Positions 22,769-34,442 of a DNA stretch of 64,000 bases are shown one piece after another (position 1 is the first letter of the stretch; every line of letters starts with the position of its first letter). The stretch is from positions 102,985,566-103,049,565 of the forward strand of contig NC_057718.1 in NCBI RefSeq assembly GCF_004010195.1. The letters are read 5' to 3'. A program made the translations under genes and the position numbers. The notes beneath the pieces are model-generated. The model was not told the DNA's origin. It searched no databases and saw only the letters and a list, made by a program, of their open reading frames with translations. The DNA comes from Chiloscyllium plagiosum. Its lineage: Eukaryota.

Positions 22769-25700
22769 AAGTGTGAAAGTTGTGGAGTAGGGACTTAAAA
22801 AGGAAGTTAGGAAAACTAAGTGTATGAGAAAGTATTGGCGTGTGGAATAAAAGAAAGCCCATAAGTTTTATTTTTACATTTAAAGACTAAGAGAATAACT
22901 GGAGAAAGGATAGTGCTCTTTAGGGACAATGAAGGCACCCTGTGTGTGGAGCCGGAAGACATGGACATAGCCCTCAGCGAATACCCTCTACTAATGTACA
23001 TGGTGCAAAAGGATAGCACAGATATAAACATTAGGGTTCGGGAGTGTGAAATACCAGAATAAATTAATAGAGAGAAAGAGAGAGAAGATGTACAAACAGG
23101 TTTAGCAGTTATAAAAGTGGATATACCCACAGGTCTTGACGCAGTGTATCCCAGACTGTTGAGGGAGGAGGTATCAGTAATTTTCAAATCCTCTCTGACC
23201 ACTGGAAGTGTCCTCAGGTGTGTAGCTAGAGGAATGGAGAACTGCTAACATTGTCCTGTTATTAAAGAAAACAAAGGAAGGAATAGACCAGGAAATGACA
23301 GGCCAGTCAGTCTAACCTCACTCGTGGGGAAGTTATTAGAAAGCATTTCTGAGGGACAGAGTGTGTCTGCATTTGGAGACACACTGATTTATCAGGGATA
23401 GTCAGTATGGATTTTTTAAGGCATGTTTTAATTTTACAAATTTGATTGAATTTTTTGAGGAGCTATCCAGGGGTGTTGATGAGGGTGGTCGACATGGACT
23501 TAAGAAACGCTTTTGATAAGCTCCCTCATGGCAGACGGATGAAGACAGTAAGAGCCCACGGAATCTAAGGCAAAGTGGCACATTGGACCCAAAATTAGCC
23601 GAGAGGCAGGAAGCAGAGGGTGGTGGTAGGGGGGTGATTCTGTAATGGGAATTCTGTTTCCAGTGGGCGTTCCACAGGCCTCAGGGCTCTTGGTGTACAT
23701 TAACAATATGGACAGAAAGGTAAGGGATATGATTGAGAAATTCACAGATGACACGATAATTGGTGGGGGGTAAATATTGAGGAGGGTAGCTGTAAACTAC
23801 CGGAGGATATCAATGGACTGGTCAGCTGGGCAGGAGAGGGGCAAATGGAATTCAACCAGGAAAAGTGAGAGGGATTGCCCTTGGGAAGGGCCAACAAAGC
23901 AAGGATTTACACTCTGAATGGCAGGAGCCTGGGAAATCCTGAAGATCAGAGGGAACTGGAATCTATATCCACAGATCCCTGAAGGTAGCAGGGCAGGTGG
24001 CAAATGGCAAACTTGGCTCGATTAGCTGAGCTGTGGAATACAGGAGCAGGGAGATTGTGCTGGAACTGTATAAAACACTACTTGGGCACAGAAGGATGTG
24101 ACTGCACTCAAATAGGTGCAGAGGTGATTTGCCAGGATGTTGCCTGGGCTGAAGGGTGTTTGATGCGAAAAATGATTAGATAGACTGGGGGATTTGATGG
24201 AGGTGTGTAAAATTATGAGGAAGGTTGAGAGGGGATTTGATGGAGGTGTGTAAAATTATGAGGAGCGCAGATGGTAGATAGGAAGGCATGTTTTGCTTTA
24301 GTAGGGGGGGCAATAGAGATAGCCAGTAGACAGGCATAGATTGAAGGTATGAGATAAAAGGCTAAGAGTAGAGTTGAAGAGAGTTTTCTTTTTAACCTGG
24401 GAGTATGAAACTCACTGTCTGAGAGGTTGGTTGAGTTAAACTTGGTGTAACATTTCAGCAGGATTTAGATTTTCACTTGCTATGCCATAGCTTCCAGGGC
24501 AATGGGCCAAGAGCTGGCAGACTGGGTAAGTGAAGTCAGATCTTTGTCGAGCCACGCAGACACGATGGGCCAAATAGACTCTTTCTGTGCTGTTAACATT
24601 TATGACAGGACTCCACTGAAATCGAGATTGCCATTTAGTTCTTGCATTGTCCCAGTTCGGACCACAACTGACTTCCTTTCGATACAAGCCAGGCTGAAGT
24701 TCTTCCAGGAATAAAATGTGCCTGTTTCATCCTGGAGAAATATTACCCATTTCAACTCCGCTAAACATTTGGGGAATTCTTGTGAAAATGCTGCATTAGG
24801 TCTTAAAGAGTTCACATCACGAGGCTGCCAAACCCAAAGCGGCTCTCTGCACAGGGAATTGGTAATGATGGAATACAGAGAAACAGGAAACATATTAACC
24901 TGCCAGTGGTGATTGGTCTGCACACCCCAAGCATCACTCAGTGTCAATAATGTAGTCATCAGGTGGGACATCACAGCCAGGACGCCAAGATGTGTGGAGT
25001 TTTATTTTGTGTCAGATTTGTATTTTTTTTTTGGTTTTGTAACCCAATCATTTAATATCGCAGACTTTCATTTTTCAGTTTATTGGTTGGGCAATAACAG
25101 TAAAATTATGTTCTGTACTTATGGTGTCTCTCTATGGTAAATTTATGATGATACTGTAATTTTCCTCTATTACCTCGTTGCCAGTGCACATTATTATGCG
25201 ACTGTCTCACCGTTTACCCATAGGAGAAACAGTGCCATTAAAAAGTGTGCAATTCATTCTCTGAGGTTCCGAATTAACAATAAAATTCTACCTCTGCTCT
25301 TGTGAACAGATGTAGTCTTGCGCTCATCCAGTCTAAAAACTGCTACACTTAACTACAGTTACTGAGCCATGACCTTCAGCCTAAGGCTAGTGGCAATAAA
25401 ATTTTCATGCAACCATATGGAAGAATATTTGTAATAGAGATTTACTGTCAGCAACAATCCCAGAGGAGAAAATAAGGAAGCTGTAACATATTGCTTATTG
25501 TAAATCACTAAGACTTCAACAGAGAAATGAAGTCTCCTCTAGGAAGGGCTACCCTACCTCAAACCTTTAAGTATTGGGCATGCAGCTTATCAAGAATACA
25601 TATAGTGAGGCGGATATGCTGTTTTGCTAAGTATGTCAGATGTTGTTCCAGTAAGTCCTGCAATTAGTTTCTACTGTGATTAATCATCATTACTGTAATT

Positions 25701-26759
25701 CCCTATTAGAGGGGAGCCTTGTACAGAAAAGCATTAAACTGCAATATCGGTTTATTTATTTTTGCATGGATAATGTAATATGGCTGCACTGTTATTTATT
25801 TGATTGCGTTTATTTTTCAACCCGACACAATTAAACATCAGGAGCGAAATAAGAAAAGTGTAATATCTGCAATGGGCAAACTACACAAGGACTTGGTCCT
25901 TCAATTCAGCCAAATTACATATGTCACTACATGCAGGCATCGGAATGATGCCTGGAGCACAGACCTTCGAAATGCATTGTGTTTTCATTAAATCATGGGT
26001 TTGTCACAGTGAATCACAGCTGCCAGGAAGCTATGTTAAATTATGAACAGAGGCGTTCCTCGCAAAACAAATTGTCAACATGCCTGCTTTCAAGGTAATA
26101 TTTAGCTAAGTGCTTATTTCAAACATAACCTTGACAACTGGAATCCACTGAAAGCCAGAAATCTGACTCCAACTTGACTTTGTTACAGGATGGCCGCTGA
26201 AGTCCTTTGACCTCTGGGTTTTACTTTGGAGGACGCCCGGGCTTATCGTATTTTGGCTAGCTTTTATAAGTCAAAGGTGTTCCCTCTTACAGCGAGGTTT
26301 ATGAATAGGAGCATTGGAATTTTATTTATCCAGATTGTTGTAATTACTGGGAACCATCTTACACAAATGTGGAGATGACACGGATTTTCTCAGTAATTAT
26401 AATCGAGGAACCCGCAAGATTAATGGAACATTCGTATACTCACTGTCAAAGGTTACTTTAGGTTCTAACCATAGCTTTTCCTGGGCTACCTCTCTGGACA
26501 AGTGAAAGTTTCTGGCTTCAAGTGCTGCTCTTGACATCTCCCTCTGTATGTATATTTAATCTCTAATGAAGCTGTTTCTAATGTCAACCAGAGAGAAACA
26601 GAGCTAATGTTTCAAATCTGTGGTTATCATTAGTTCCTGAAAGTTTAGTTCTCTATCCTTGGACCTGCTCAGTATTTCCATCATTTGCAGTTTTAATTTC
26701 AGATTTCTGGCATCTGCAACATTTTGCTGATGCATTTCTCGTGGTTGTTATACCAAGCT

Positions 26760-27135
26760 GCAACTCAGTAAGCTTCAGTCTCCGGAGTTTGTGGGTTCAT
26801 GTCCCACCTCAGAGATTTAAGCACAAAAATCCTATCTGACACTGGTGGGGATGCTACAGCAATGTCAGATGTGGTGCTTTTTTGGAGTTGAAATGTTAAA
26901 CTACTCTCTTAGGTGGATCTAAAAGACCATGTGGCACTATTTCAAAGAGGAGACAATCATTTCCGTTGCCTGACCAACATCCATCGTCAAACAACTGCAA
27001 ATAAATTATCTGGGCTGTTTGTGGGAACAAATTGGTTAATGCATTTCCTTTGTTACAACTGCGATTACTCTTCAAAAGTGCTTCAGTGGCTTTGCAAAGT
27101 CCAGAATTTATGAAAGGAGTTATGGACATACACGT
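26760..27135 (+). mobile_element. Deu-domain SINE (SacSINE1/AmnSINE1-like), old
   Basis: aggtggatctaaaagaccatgtggcactatttcaaaga...gctgtttgtggga...ttacaactgcgattactcttcaaaagt resembles the DeuSINE core and tail as I recall it. Confidence 0.65.
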
Positions 27136-28504
27136 TTTGTATACATTTTCTGACCTATTAGTCATAGAGCTGTACAGCATGGAAACAGACCCTTCAGTCC
27201 AACTGATCATTATCATTTTTTGAAGGTGGATTCTAAAATGGAGGCCAAAGGATTTTGGTCAGTCCTGTGAAGGCTTTTTTTGAAAGGTCAGAAAGTCATT
27301 CTGGAACAATGACCTGCTATCCTAAATTAATCTAGTCTAATTTGCCAAAATTTGGCCTAGATATTACATATCAAAGGTTAGGGGATACTGCGGGAAAATG
27401 GCATTGAGATAGATGATCAGATATGACCTAGTTAAATAGTACAGCAGACTCAAAGAGCCAAATGACTCGTTATTGATGCTAGTTCCCCATGTTTGTATGC
27501 ATCTTCTTTATAAAGCCTCAATTATAGCTTTCACCACTGCTAGGATGGCTGTGATTCCCAAACACTGCGTTGCTGCAATGCTGCGGTTATATAGTGCAAA
27601 AGCTGATGAAGCTGGTGTAAAACCCACCTGACCTTCCCAGAGGAGACTATCTTACTCACCTTCACTTCAAAGTTGGTGCTCAGGTACTTCAAGCAGAGTT
27701 ACCCAGTGAATGGTGACAGGAGCAGAAACTCCTGCAGTGACCGAAGATAAGGGGCTGGACCGGGCCATTCGGCCCTACTATGCTGTCAGATTGTGGTCGA
27801 TTTTCTATCCAATGTTCCTGCCTTCAAAGTTTTTTTTATTGCATGTGGCTTCGCTTTATTGCGCTGCATGGATCCTTTCAGATTGCCACTCTGTGCGGTT
27901 TACAGTGAGCATTGGTTCTACCGTGATTCCTGTTCTGCACCTGTGCTGAAAGGCCTATTATATTGATCAGGATCATTTTTTTGAAGTTGGATATTAATAT
28001 GTAGGCAGAAGGATTTGGGTCAGTCCTGTAAAGGTTTTTTTTTCAAAAGATCAGCAAGTCATTCTGGAACAGTGACCATAATATATTGTCATTAAGATAG
28101 CACATGACTGCAATCAACAGTTAACAGGTAGGATGCTTATAATGTTGACTTTATGGCTTTATAACAGACTAAAACCAATAGTTTTGCTTTTATCTCAGAG
28201 CAGAAGACTTCATACTTTTAATGAGGAACAGAAGACACAAGATACAGTTCAGTTTGGGGAAACCAATTATTTCAGGTCTTTTCTAGACTGTGGAGAATGT
28301 AAGTTGAGAGAGTTTGGATAGAGGTCCTCAAATTGTTACAACTCAGGAAGTTTAGGCTATCAGAATTGAGGAGATTTCACACCCAGGAAATGTCTTTACT
28401 GTTCAAAAATAACAAAACTAGAAAGTGTCAATGAAGTAAAGTTATTAAAAGCTGAGATAGGAGTGATATTTCTCATGGCTTGCATCACTGCAATGGAAAC
28501 AGTT

Positions 28505-28797
28505 GGGAAACAGACATTCCAAATCCACAACCATTTCCATCTAGAAGGTCAAAGGCAGCAGATACATGGGAATGCCACCCCCTGCAAGTTCCCCTCCAAG
28601 TCACTCACCATCCTGACTTGGAAATATGTCACCATTCCTTCACTGTCATTGGGTCAAAATTCTGGCATTGAGGGTCTACTTACAGCACATGGACTGCAGT
28701 GATTCAAGAAGGCAGCTCACCCCACCTTCTCAAGGGCAACTAGGGACAGGCAATAAATGCTGGGCCCAGCCAATGGTAGCCATGTTGCATAAATGAC
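28505..28797 (+). mobile_element. LINE-B 3' end
   Basis: Same sequence as 39750-40075, ending gggcaactaggga...ggcaataaatgctgg. Confidence 0.75.
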
Positions 28798-29943
28798 AAA
28801 AAGAAAGGTTTACATTTTATTTTGCTGCTTGTGTTAAGATCTTTATAATTGTTTTATATAAAACAATTAAAATGACCATTCACACACACATATACAAACA
28901 CCGAGGCTTGGGGTTTTTTTGTGCAATAAACTTATATTCTATTGTCAAAGAACATTTGCAGCCTCCTGTGGAGAATGTTCCTCTTGCACAGCCACTCAGA
29001 GGGTCAGTGCACACCAATCAGTGTGTGAACATATTAATTTCTAGTCCTAGAAGTCACTGCTATGGACAGCCCTCTGAGGTCATGCAGTGTTGGGAGGAAT
29101 TAGAGGGAATGTAGCTGGAGAATGTTTCAGTAACTAACTACCAAGCCAACAAACTGCAAAAATTAATCATATGATCTCTCAAGCCGTGTTTTACACCTCT
29201 CTTGATTCCCTTAGTGTCAAAAAATCAGAGCTGTGAAACATAGTGACTGAACTATTGCAGCTGTCTGGGCTAGATCATCCCAACATTTATAATCCTTGAA
29301 GTGAAGAGATCTGAATGTATAATATAAGGGTAGCCTTAGTGTTTCAATTAACATTGGTGGGGGTTACAGATGAACATCCAATATAGTGTCAGTGTACAGT
29401 CTGAATTCCTATATATATATATTCCCCACAACGGGCAAGTTTTGATAAACATTTAACAAGTTAGCTGAGCAATGTTACACAGGAGTAAAGACTACCAGGT
29501 AAAGATAACCACATTGGGAAATCTTTCTCTCACTGTCTTGTTTAATCATTCATCCAGCAATTCAACAGTAACAAAGAAAATACTGAACAACAACACATAT
29601 TTTATGCAGAAATGATGAGTTATCTAGAATGTGTTGCTGTCTCCATGGGGTCATTCGGGAGGGCAATAATCATGAAAAAGGGGACATCCAAAGAGCGCCA
29701 TTTTGTTTTAATTTGAAATTCTGAAACTTGACTTGGTCAGATGGGGAGGGAGGGGAGGGTGTTTTTGACATTCAGGTGAGGCCTATTTATTCCTGGGCCT
29801 CAGGTGTTGCAAATGCCATCTCTGAGTGGTGTCTGGAGCATGTGTGCATGTTAGAGTACCCCATGTCATTCTACAGTGACAGAGAGCAGAAGCCTGTCTC
29901 AAAGATGTGCTGCTGGGGGTTCCGGGTGAGTGCCAGTGGGAGC

Positions 29944-30169
29944 TGAAGTAACTCCACAGCTGGTGGTATCCTGTCACCAAGTCACCCTTTATTTGCGTGT
30001 GCATAGTACATGACACTGCCCCAGCTAGCTCAAAGCCAGCTCTCAGAGTGAACAGAACCCCTGACACTCCAGTTTTTATCTGTCAGCCAGGGCTCCCTGA
30101 TTGGACTAGATTAACAGCCCCAATCGGGTAACTCATATTCTATGAGGTCCATCTGTTCCAATCACTACA
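29944..30169 (-). mobile_element. Probable short solo LTR
   Basis: Minus strand starts TGTAGTG and ends TACTTCA, with CCAAT-like boxes, a TATA-like gataaaaa and AATAAA; no TSD visible. Confidence 0.5.
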
Positions 30170-30934
30170 TGGGGGGAGAGTTCAGATTATGAGGCCTTTC
30201 ACAGGCTTGGCCAACAGGGAGGTTCTATCAGCAGCACAGCTCCTGCAAGCTAACAACCGGACCAGCAGGAGGCGAGGGTAAGCAGCAGGTTGTATGGGTC
30301 GAGGAGGAAGGGAGTGTGAAAGAGGGACTGTTAGTCACGGGATGCTCTGGGGTGAAACAGGCACCTGTGGGACTTATAGATAATCACTCTATTGCTTTTG
30401 TTTGAAGGAAGACTGAAATCAGGGCTTTTGGTTCAATGATTAAGAATGGCATCAGCAAACAGTGAGCTGTTAATATCAACGTTAGATTTTCCAAGCCTAT
30501 GCAGTATATGGAGAAAGAATGTTGAAGTGAGAAAAGCTTTCAATCAATCTTATCAAAGATGGTATGATCCACCTCTGAAGCAGGTGGGACTGAACCCAGG
30601 CCTCCTGGCTCAGAGATAGGGACACTACCACTGTATCACAAGAGCCCCAAGTGTCAATAGGCGCAGTTACTGATCATGTGCAGGAGGAAGTACATTTATT
30701 TTTATCTGATCCCCTGTTAATAAGCCCTTGGTCAGAGCAGCTCTCCATTACTATTGCCTGTGTGCAGTAACACTCAATGAAGCCTGTTGCAGGTCCCTCC
30801 CCCAGGTATAAAGCTCACATTAATCCAGATTGATGGAGGCTTGGGTCCTGGGAAACACTGACTCTGATTGGAGAGATTATCTGATTATCTGGTTATCACA
30901 GGCGAACTATTTGTCACAGGTTATATGTTCATTA

Positions 30935-31510
30935 TCATAAGACCATGTGACCATAAGACATAGGAGCAGAAATTAGGCTATTCAGCCCATCGAGTCTGCC
31001 CTGCTATTCGATCATGGCTGATAAGTTTCTCAACCCCATTCTCCTGCTTTCACCCCATAACCCTTGATCCCCTTGAGACTCAAGAACCTATTTATCTCTG
31101 TCTTATATATACTCAATCATCTGGCCCCCACAGCCTTCTGACGCAATGAAATCCATAGATTCATCACTTACTGGCTGACGAAGTCTCTCCATATCTTTGT
31201 TATAAAAGGTCTTCCCTTTACTCTAAGGCCAAGCCCTCGAGTCCTCGTCTCTCCTACCAATGGAAACATCTTCCCAACATCTACTCTGTCCATACCACTC
31301 AGTATTCTGTGTGTTTCAATTAGATCCCCCCCTCATCTTTCTAAACTCCATCAATTACAAACCCAGAGTCCTCAAACATTCCTCATATGTTAAGTTTTTC
31401 ATTCCTGGGATCATTCTTATGAACCTCTTCTGAACATCCTCCAGGGTCAGTCCATCCTTCCTGAGATATGGGGCCCAAAGCTGCACACCATACTCCAGAC
31501 GTGGTCGGAA
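30935..31510 (-). mobile_element. CR1-type LINE 3' fragment (different subfamily)
   Basis: Minus strand RLEYGVQLWAPYLRKD; tail reads (cataagac)n on +. Confidence 0.8.
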
Positions 31511-31628
31511 ATGACCACATTACCATGCGTAGGAATTAGCGGAACAATGATTCCTACATGACAACAGTGACCACACATGAAAAGTTGAAGTGCTTCCTGG
31601 AGTTATTGAAATGGGCCCGGTGAATGCA

Positions 31629-31940
31629 TTCTCCATTAACAGCTACTGTAGTCACTCTCCCAGCCAGAGCGACATCCACTCCCTTGTCTGCCCAATTGTT
31701 CTCCTCTCTCTTTGGGCTTTATTTCCGTCTATTGTTTATTCCTTACTCCCTCCCCCCACCCTATCTTTAGTATATAAACCGATATTTTCCCAGCTACCAT
31801 CAGTTCTGAGGAAGGGTCACCGGACCGGTAACATTAACACTGACTTCTCTCCACAGATGCTGCCAGACCTGCTGAGCTTTTCAGGCAACTTTTGCTTTTG
31901 TTTCTGATTTGCAGCATCTGTAGTTCCTTTGGTTTTTGTA
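31629..31940 (+). mobile_element. Penelope-like family C terminal repeat with degenerate hammerhead
   Basis: agtt-ctgagga-a-gggtc-accg-gaccg-gtaa-catt-aac at 31802-31838; flanked by tgaatgca at 31621-31628 and 31941-31948. Confidence 0.78.
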
Positions 31941-34229
31941 TGAATGCAAGCCTTTCTCAATTCTCTTTAAGATTTTGTTTTGGTGGGGGAGATGAGCCGC
32001 TCTGACTATAAATTTTACATCTTCACTTCAAGTTGTTGATAAGGTGACAGCCTCCCTGCAGATCAGTACTGTCAACCAGTAGTTTCACATTACAGACAAG
32101 AAAGCTACATTTGGCAATTTTCCTTACAGATGGAAAATGGTTTTCTGAAGATCTATCCCAAATGTTTAAGATTTAATCCATCAAAGTGCATGGGAATTAG
32201 GAGTAGATGTTCTGCTTAAATTCTATTCATGGCAATGGACCCCTTGGGTCTAGGAGGTGAATAACCTTCGAAATTGGACATTAATGCCAATCCCTGCCAT
32301 TATAATTTTGCCAGTTACTGGAAAACGGGACACGTGTTATGTCATCTCAATTGATCCAAAGGTATCCCAATCCTGATGAGTCTTGTGGTGAAGTGGTAGT
32401 GTACTTGCCCTGAACAAGGAGAGCTCACGTTCAAGTCTGGGGGTGTGCAATAGCATTTCTGAACATGGTGATTAGGGGGAAAATATTTCAGATATTGAGT
32501 CAAATCCACAATGAGACAGAAACAAGACAGGCAGCTTAAACCTGATGGGGGCAGTAGTCTGCAGTCTATGAGGATACAATCTTCCCATTCCAATCAACAA
32601 CTCAGCTCTTAAAAACAGAATCTCACAGGTAGGACAATTACTTCTCAATAGAATATCGACAGATTATCACAGATATAAGTTGCTGGGAACTCAGAGGGTA
32701 TATCAGAGAAACAGGACAAAGTGCTGCGGCCACTGTTTAATGATGTATGAAAAACCAGCTAGCAAAGTGCACCATTAAGAATAGCTAAACCCACTACATC
32801 ACAAAGACTTGATGAAATATTTATGCCATTTTGGACAATTTTGTTGCTGCTCAGTTGCAAACAGCCAGCGGAGTCAGACTCCCTCGGGAGCTGAAAACCA
32901 AGGGGGAGCTGACAAAAGCAAAGGCGAAATTCAGCAAACAATTGACGGCCGCTTTCAACTGAAGGTTGAAAGATGTTGTCATTAATTGCACGTTGCATCT
33001 AAACATCGCCTGTCTAGCGCCCAGCCTTGCTTCCAGACATGAAAGGCCCCTTCTGATTTTCCGGCATTGTTAAAGGAATTTTGAACATCAGGAAGCAGTA
33101 ACAGCAGCGATAAGACTGTCATGTTTTAATTGGACAGCAGGCAACCTAACACAATCGAGAAAGTCATGCAACACAGAAGTAATGTTCACATCTGTGAATA
33201 TGAAGGTATCAGTCACTGGAGTATAACCCTGTGAGTATGCTTTCATTGACATTTTAGTTAGAATCCATCACGTCCCCTGTCTTACAACTTTTACAACCAT
33301 AAAATGAGGTATCTCACTTGTTGTCATCTCCCTTCATTTACTTCAGCATTTCCAAATCATTTTAAGCCCTCATTCCACATGGAACTAAATTCTTACCACA
33401 TTAATGTCTCATTAAACATCCTGTTTGCATCTGCAGGAGAACAGATTCATTTTCTTTTCGTACCTATGAGTTAGAAGTGGGAGTAGGCCATTCAGCCCAT
33501 CGAGCCTGCTCCTCCTTTGTATAAGATCATGGTTGGTCTGATTGTGACCCCACCCCCACAGGATGTTAACTGGACAAAAAATACAGGCAGTCCATAAAAG
33601 CTACTGCCTATCCGGAACTTGCAAATTCATCATATCCAACCTTTTACATGTTGACAGCTCACATCCAACTTGATCCACCAGCCCTCCATCTGCCATGATC
33701 TTGTTCACTTACTCTGTTTAAATTCCCTTGAAGTCTCTTTGCATCGTCCTCACAACCTACACTTCAAACCAGTCATTAGATCTTTAAATACTACCCATTG
33801 TCAGTCCATCATCAAGACTTGTAATGTGTTTTTCCAATCCACCACAGCCCAACATCCTCCTCATACCTTCGCAATTGCCTTTGCATTGATTTATGACCCC
33901 AGTTTCAGACTGAAGTACATCTTTTTCTAAGGTAATCGAAAATTCAGTCATATTATGATCACTATTTCCTAAAGGTGCTTAGGAAGGCTGCCACAGCTCT
34001 GGATACAGAGAATATTTTCCAGGATGATGCCAGGTATGAGAGGGTTCAGTTCTGCTTTTCGAAAGTGGGAGGATATTTCCTTTAATGGGGAAGAATAAAA
34101 TTCAGGGACACAATTAAACAATAAGAGGACCTGCCATGATCTTGTTCACTTACTCTGTTTAAATCCCCTTGAAGTCTCTTTGCATCGTCCTCACAACCTA
34201 CACTTCAAACCAGTCATTAGATCTTTAAA

Positions 34230-34442
34230 GCTGGAAATGTGTTGCTGGAAAAGCGCAGCAGATCAGGCAGCATCCAGGGAACAGGAGAATCGACGTTTCG
34301 GGCATAAGCCCTTCTTCCTGAAGAAGGGCTTATGCCTGAAACGTCGATTCTCCTGTTCCCTGGATGCTGCCTGACCTGCTGCGCTTTTCCAGCAACACAT
34401 TTCCAGCTCTGATCTCCAGCATCTGCAGACCTCACTTTCTCC
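34230..34442. mobile_element. Young palindromic Penelope-like insertion (family A) with hammerhead core
   Basis: Inverted arms 34229-34317 and 34320-34408 (87/89); TSD tcattagatctttaaa at 34214-34229 and 34443-34458. Confidence 0.9.
34314..34349 (+). ncRNA. Minimal hammerhead ribozyme motif (family A)
   Basis: CUGAAGA-A-GGGC-uuau-GCCU-GAAA-C-GUC at 34318-34345; helix I weak. Confidence 0.65.

Larger units (their letters stand above)
14040..24605 (+). mobile_element. Old, near full-length CR1 LINE hosting several nested insertions
   Basis: Esterase motif PEVMVHVGTND (about 14455-14490), endonuclease remnants 14920-15728 resuming at 21616, RT remnants 22770-24150 (AFDKLPH, KFTDDT), degenerate 3' end near 24600. 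Boundaries approximate. Confidence 0.75.

Noticed and set aside
24187..24263. 34-bp direct repeat; also short duplications near 8115, 8826, 12727, 38680, 49620, 54822 and 59464
   Set aside because: Ordinary slippage-type micro-duplications, mostly within decayed repeats.
26190..26276. Possible exon after tttgttacag
   Set aside because: Weak donor, two frames closed, and the open frame is unrecognisable.
34229..34408. MITE or pre-miRNA reading of the palindrome
   Set aside because: A 16-bp TSD, an asymmetric tail and single-arm copies elsewhere favour a Penelope-type inversion.
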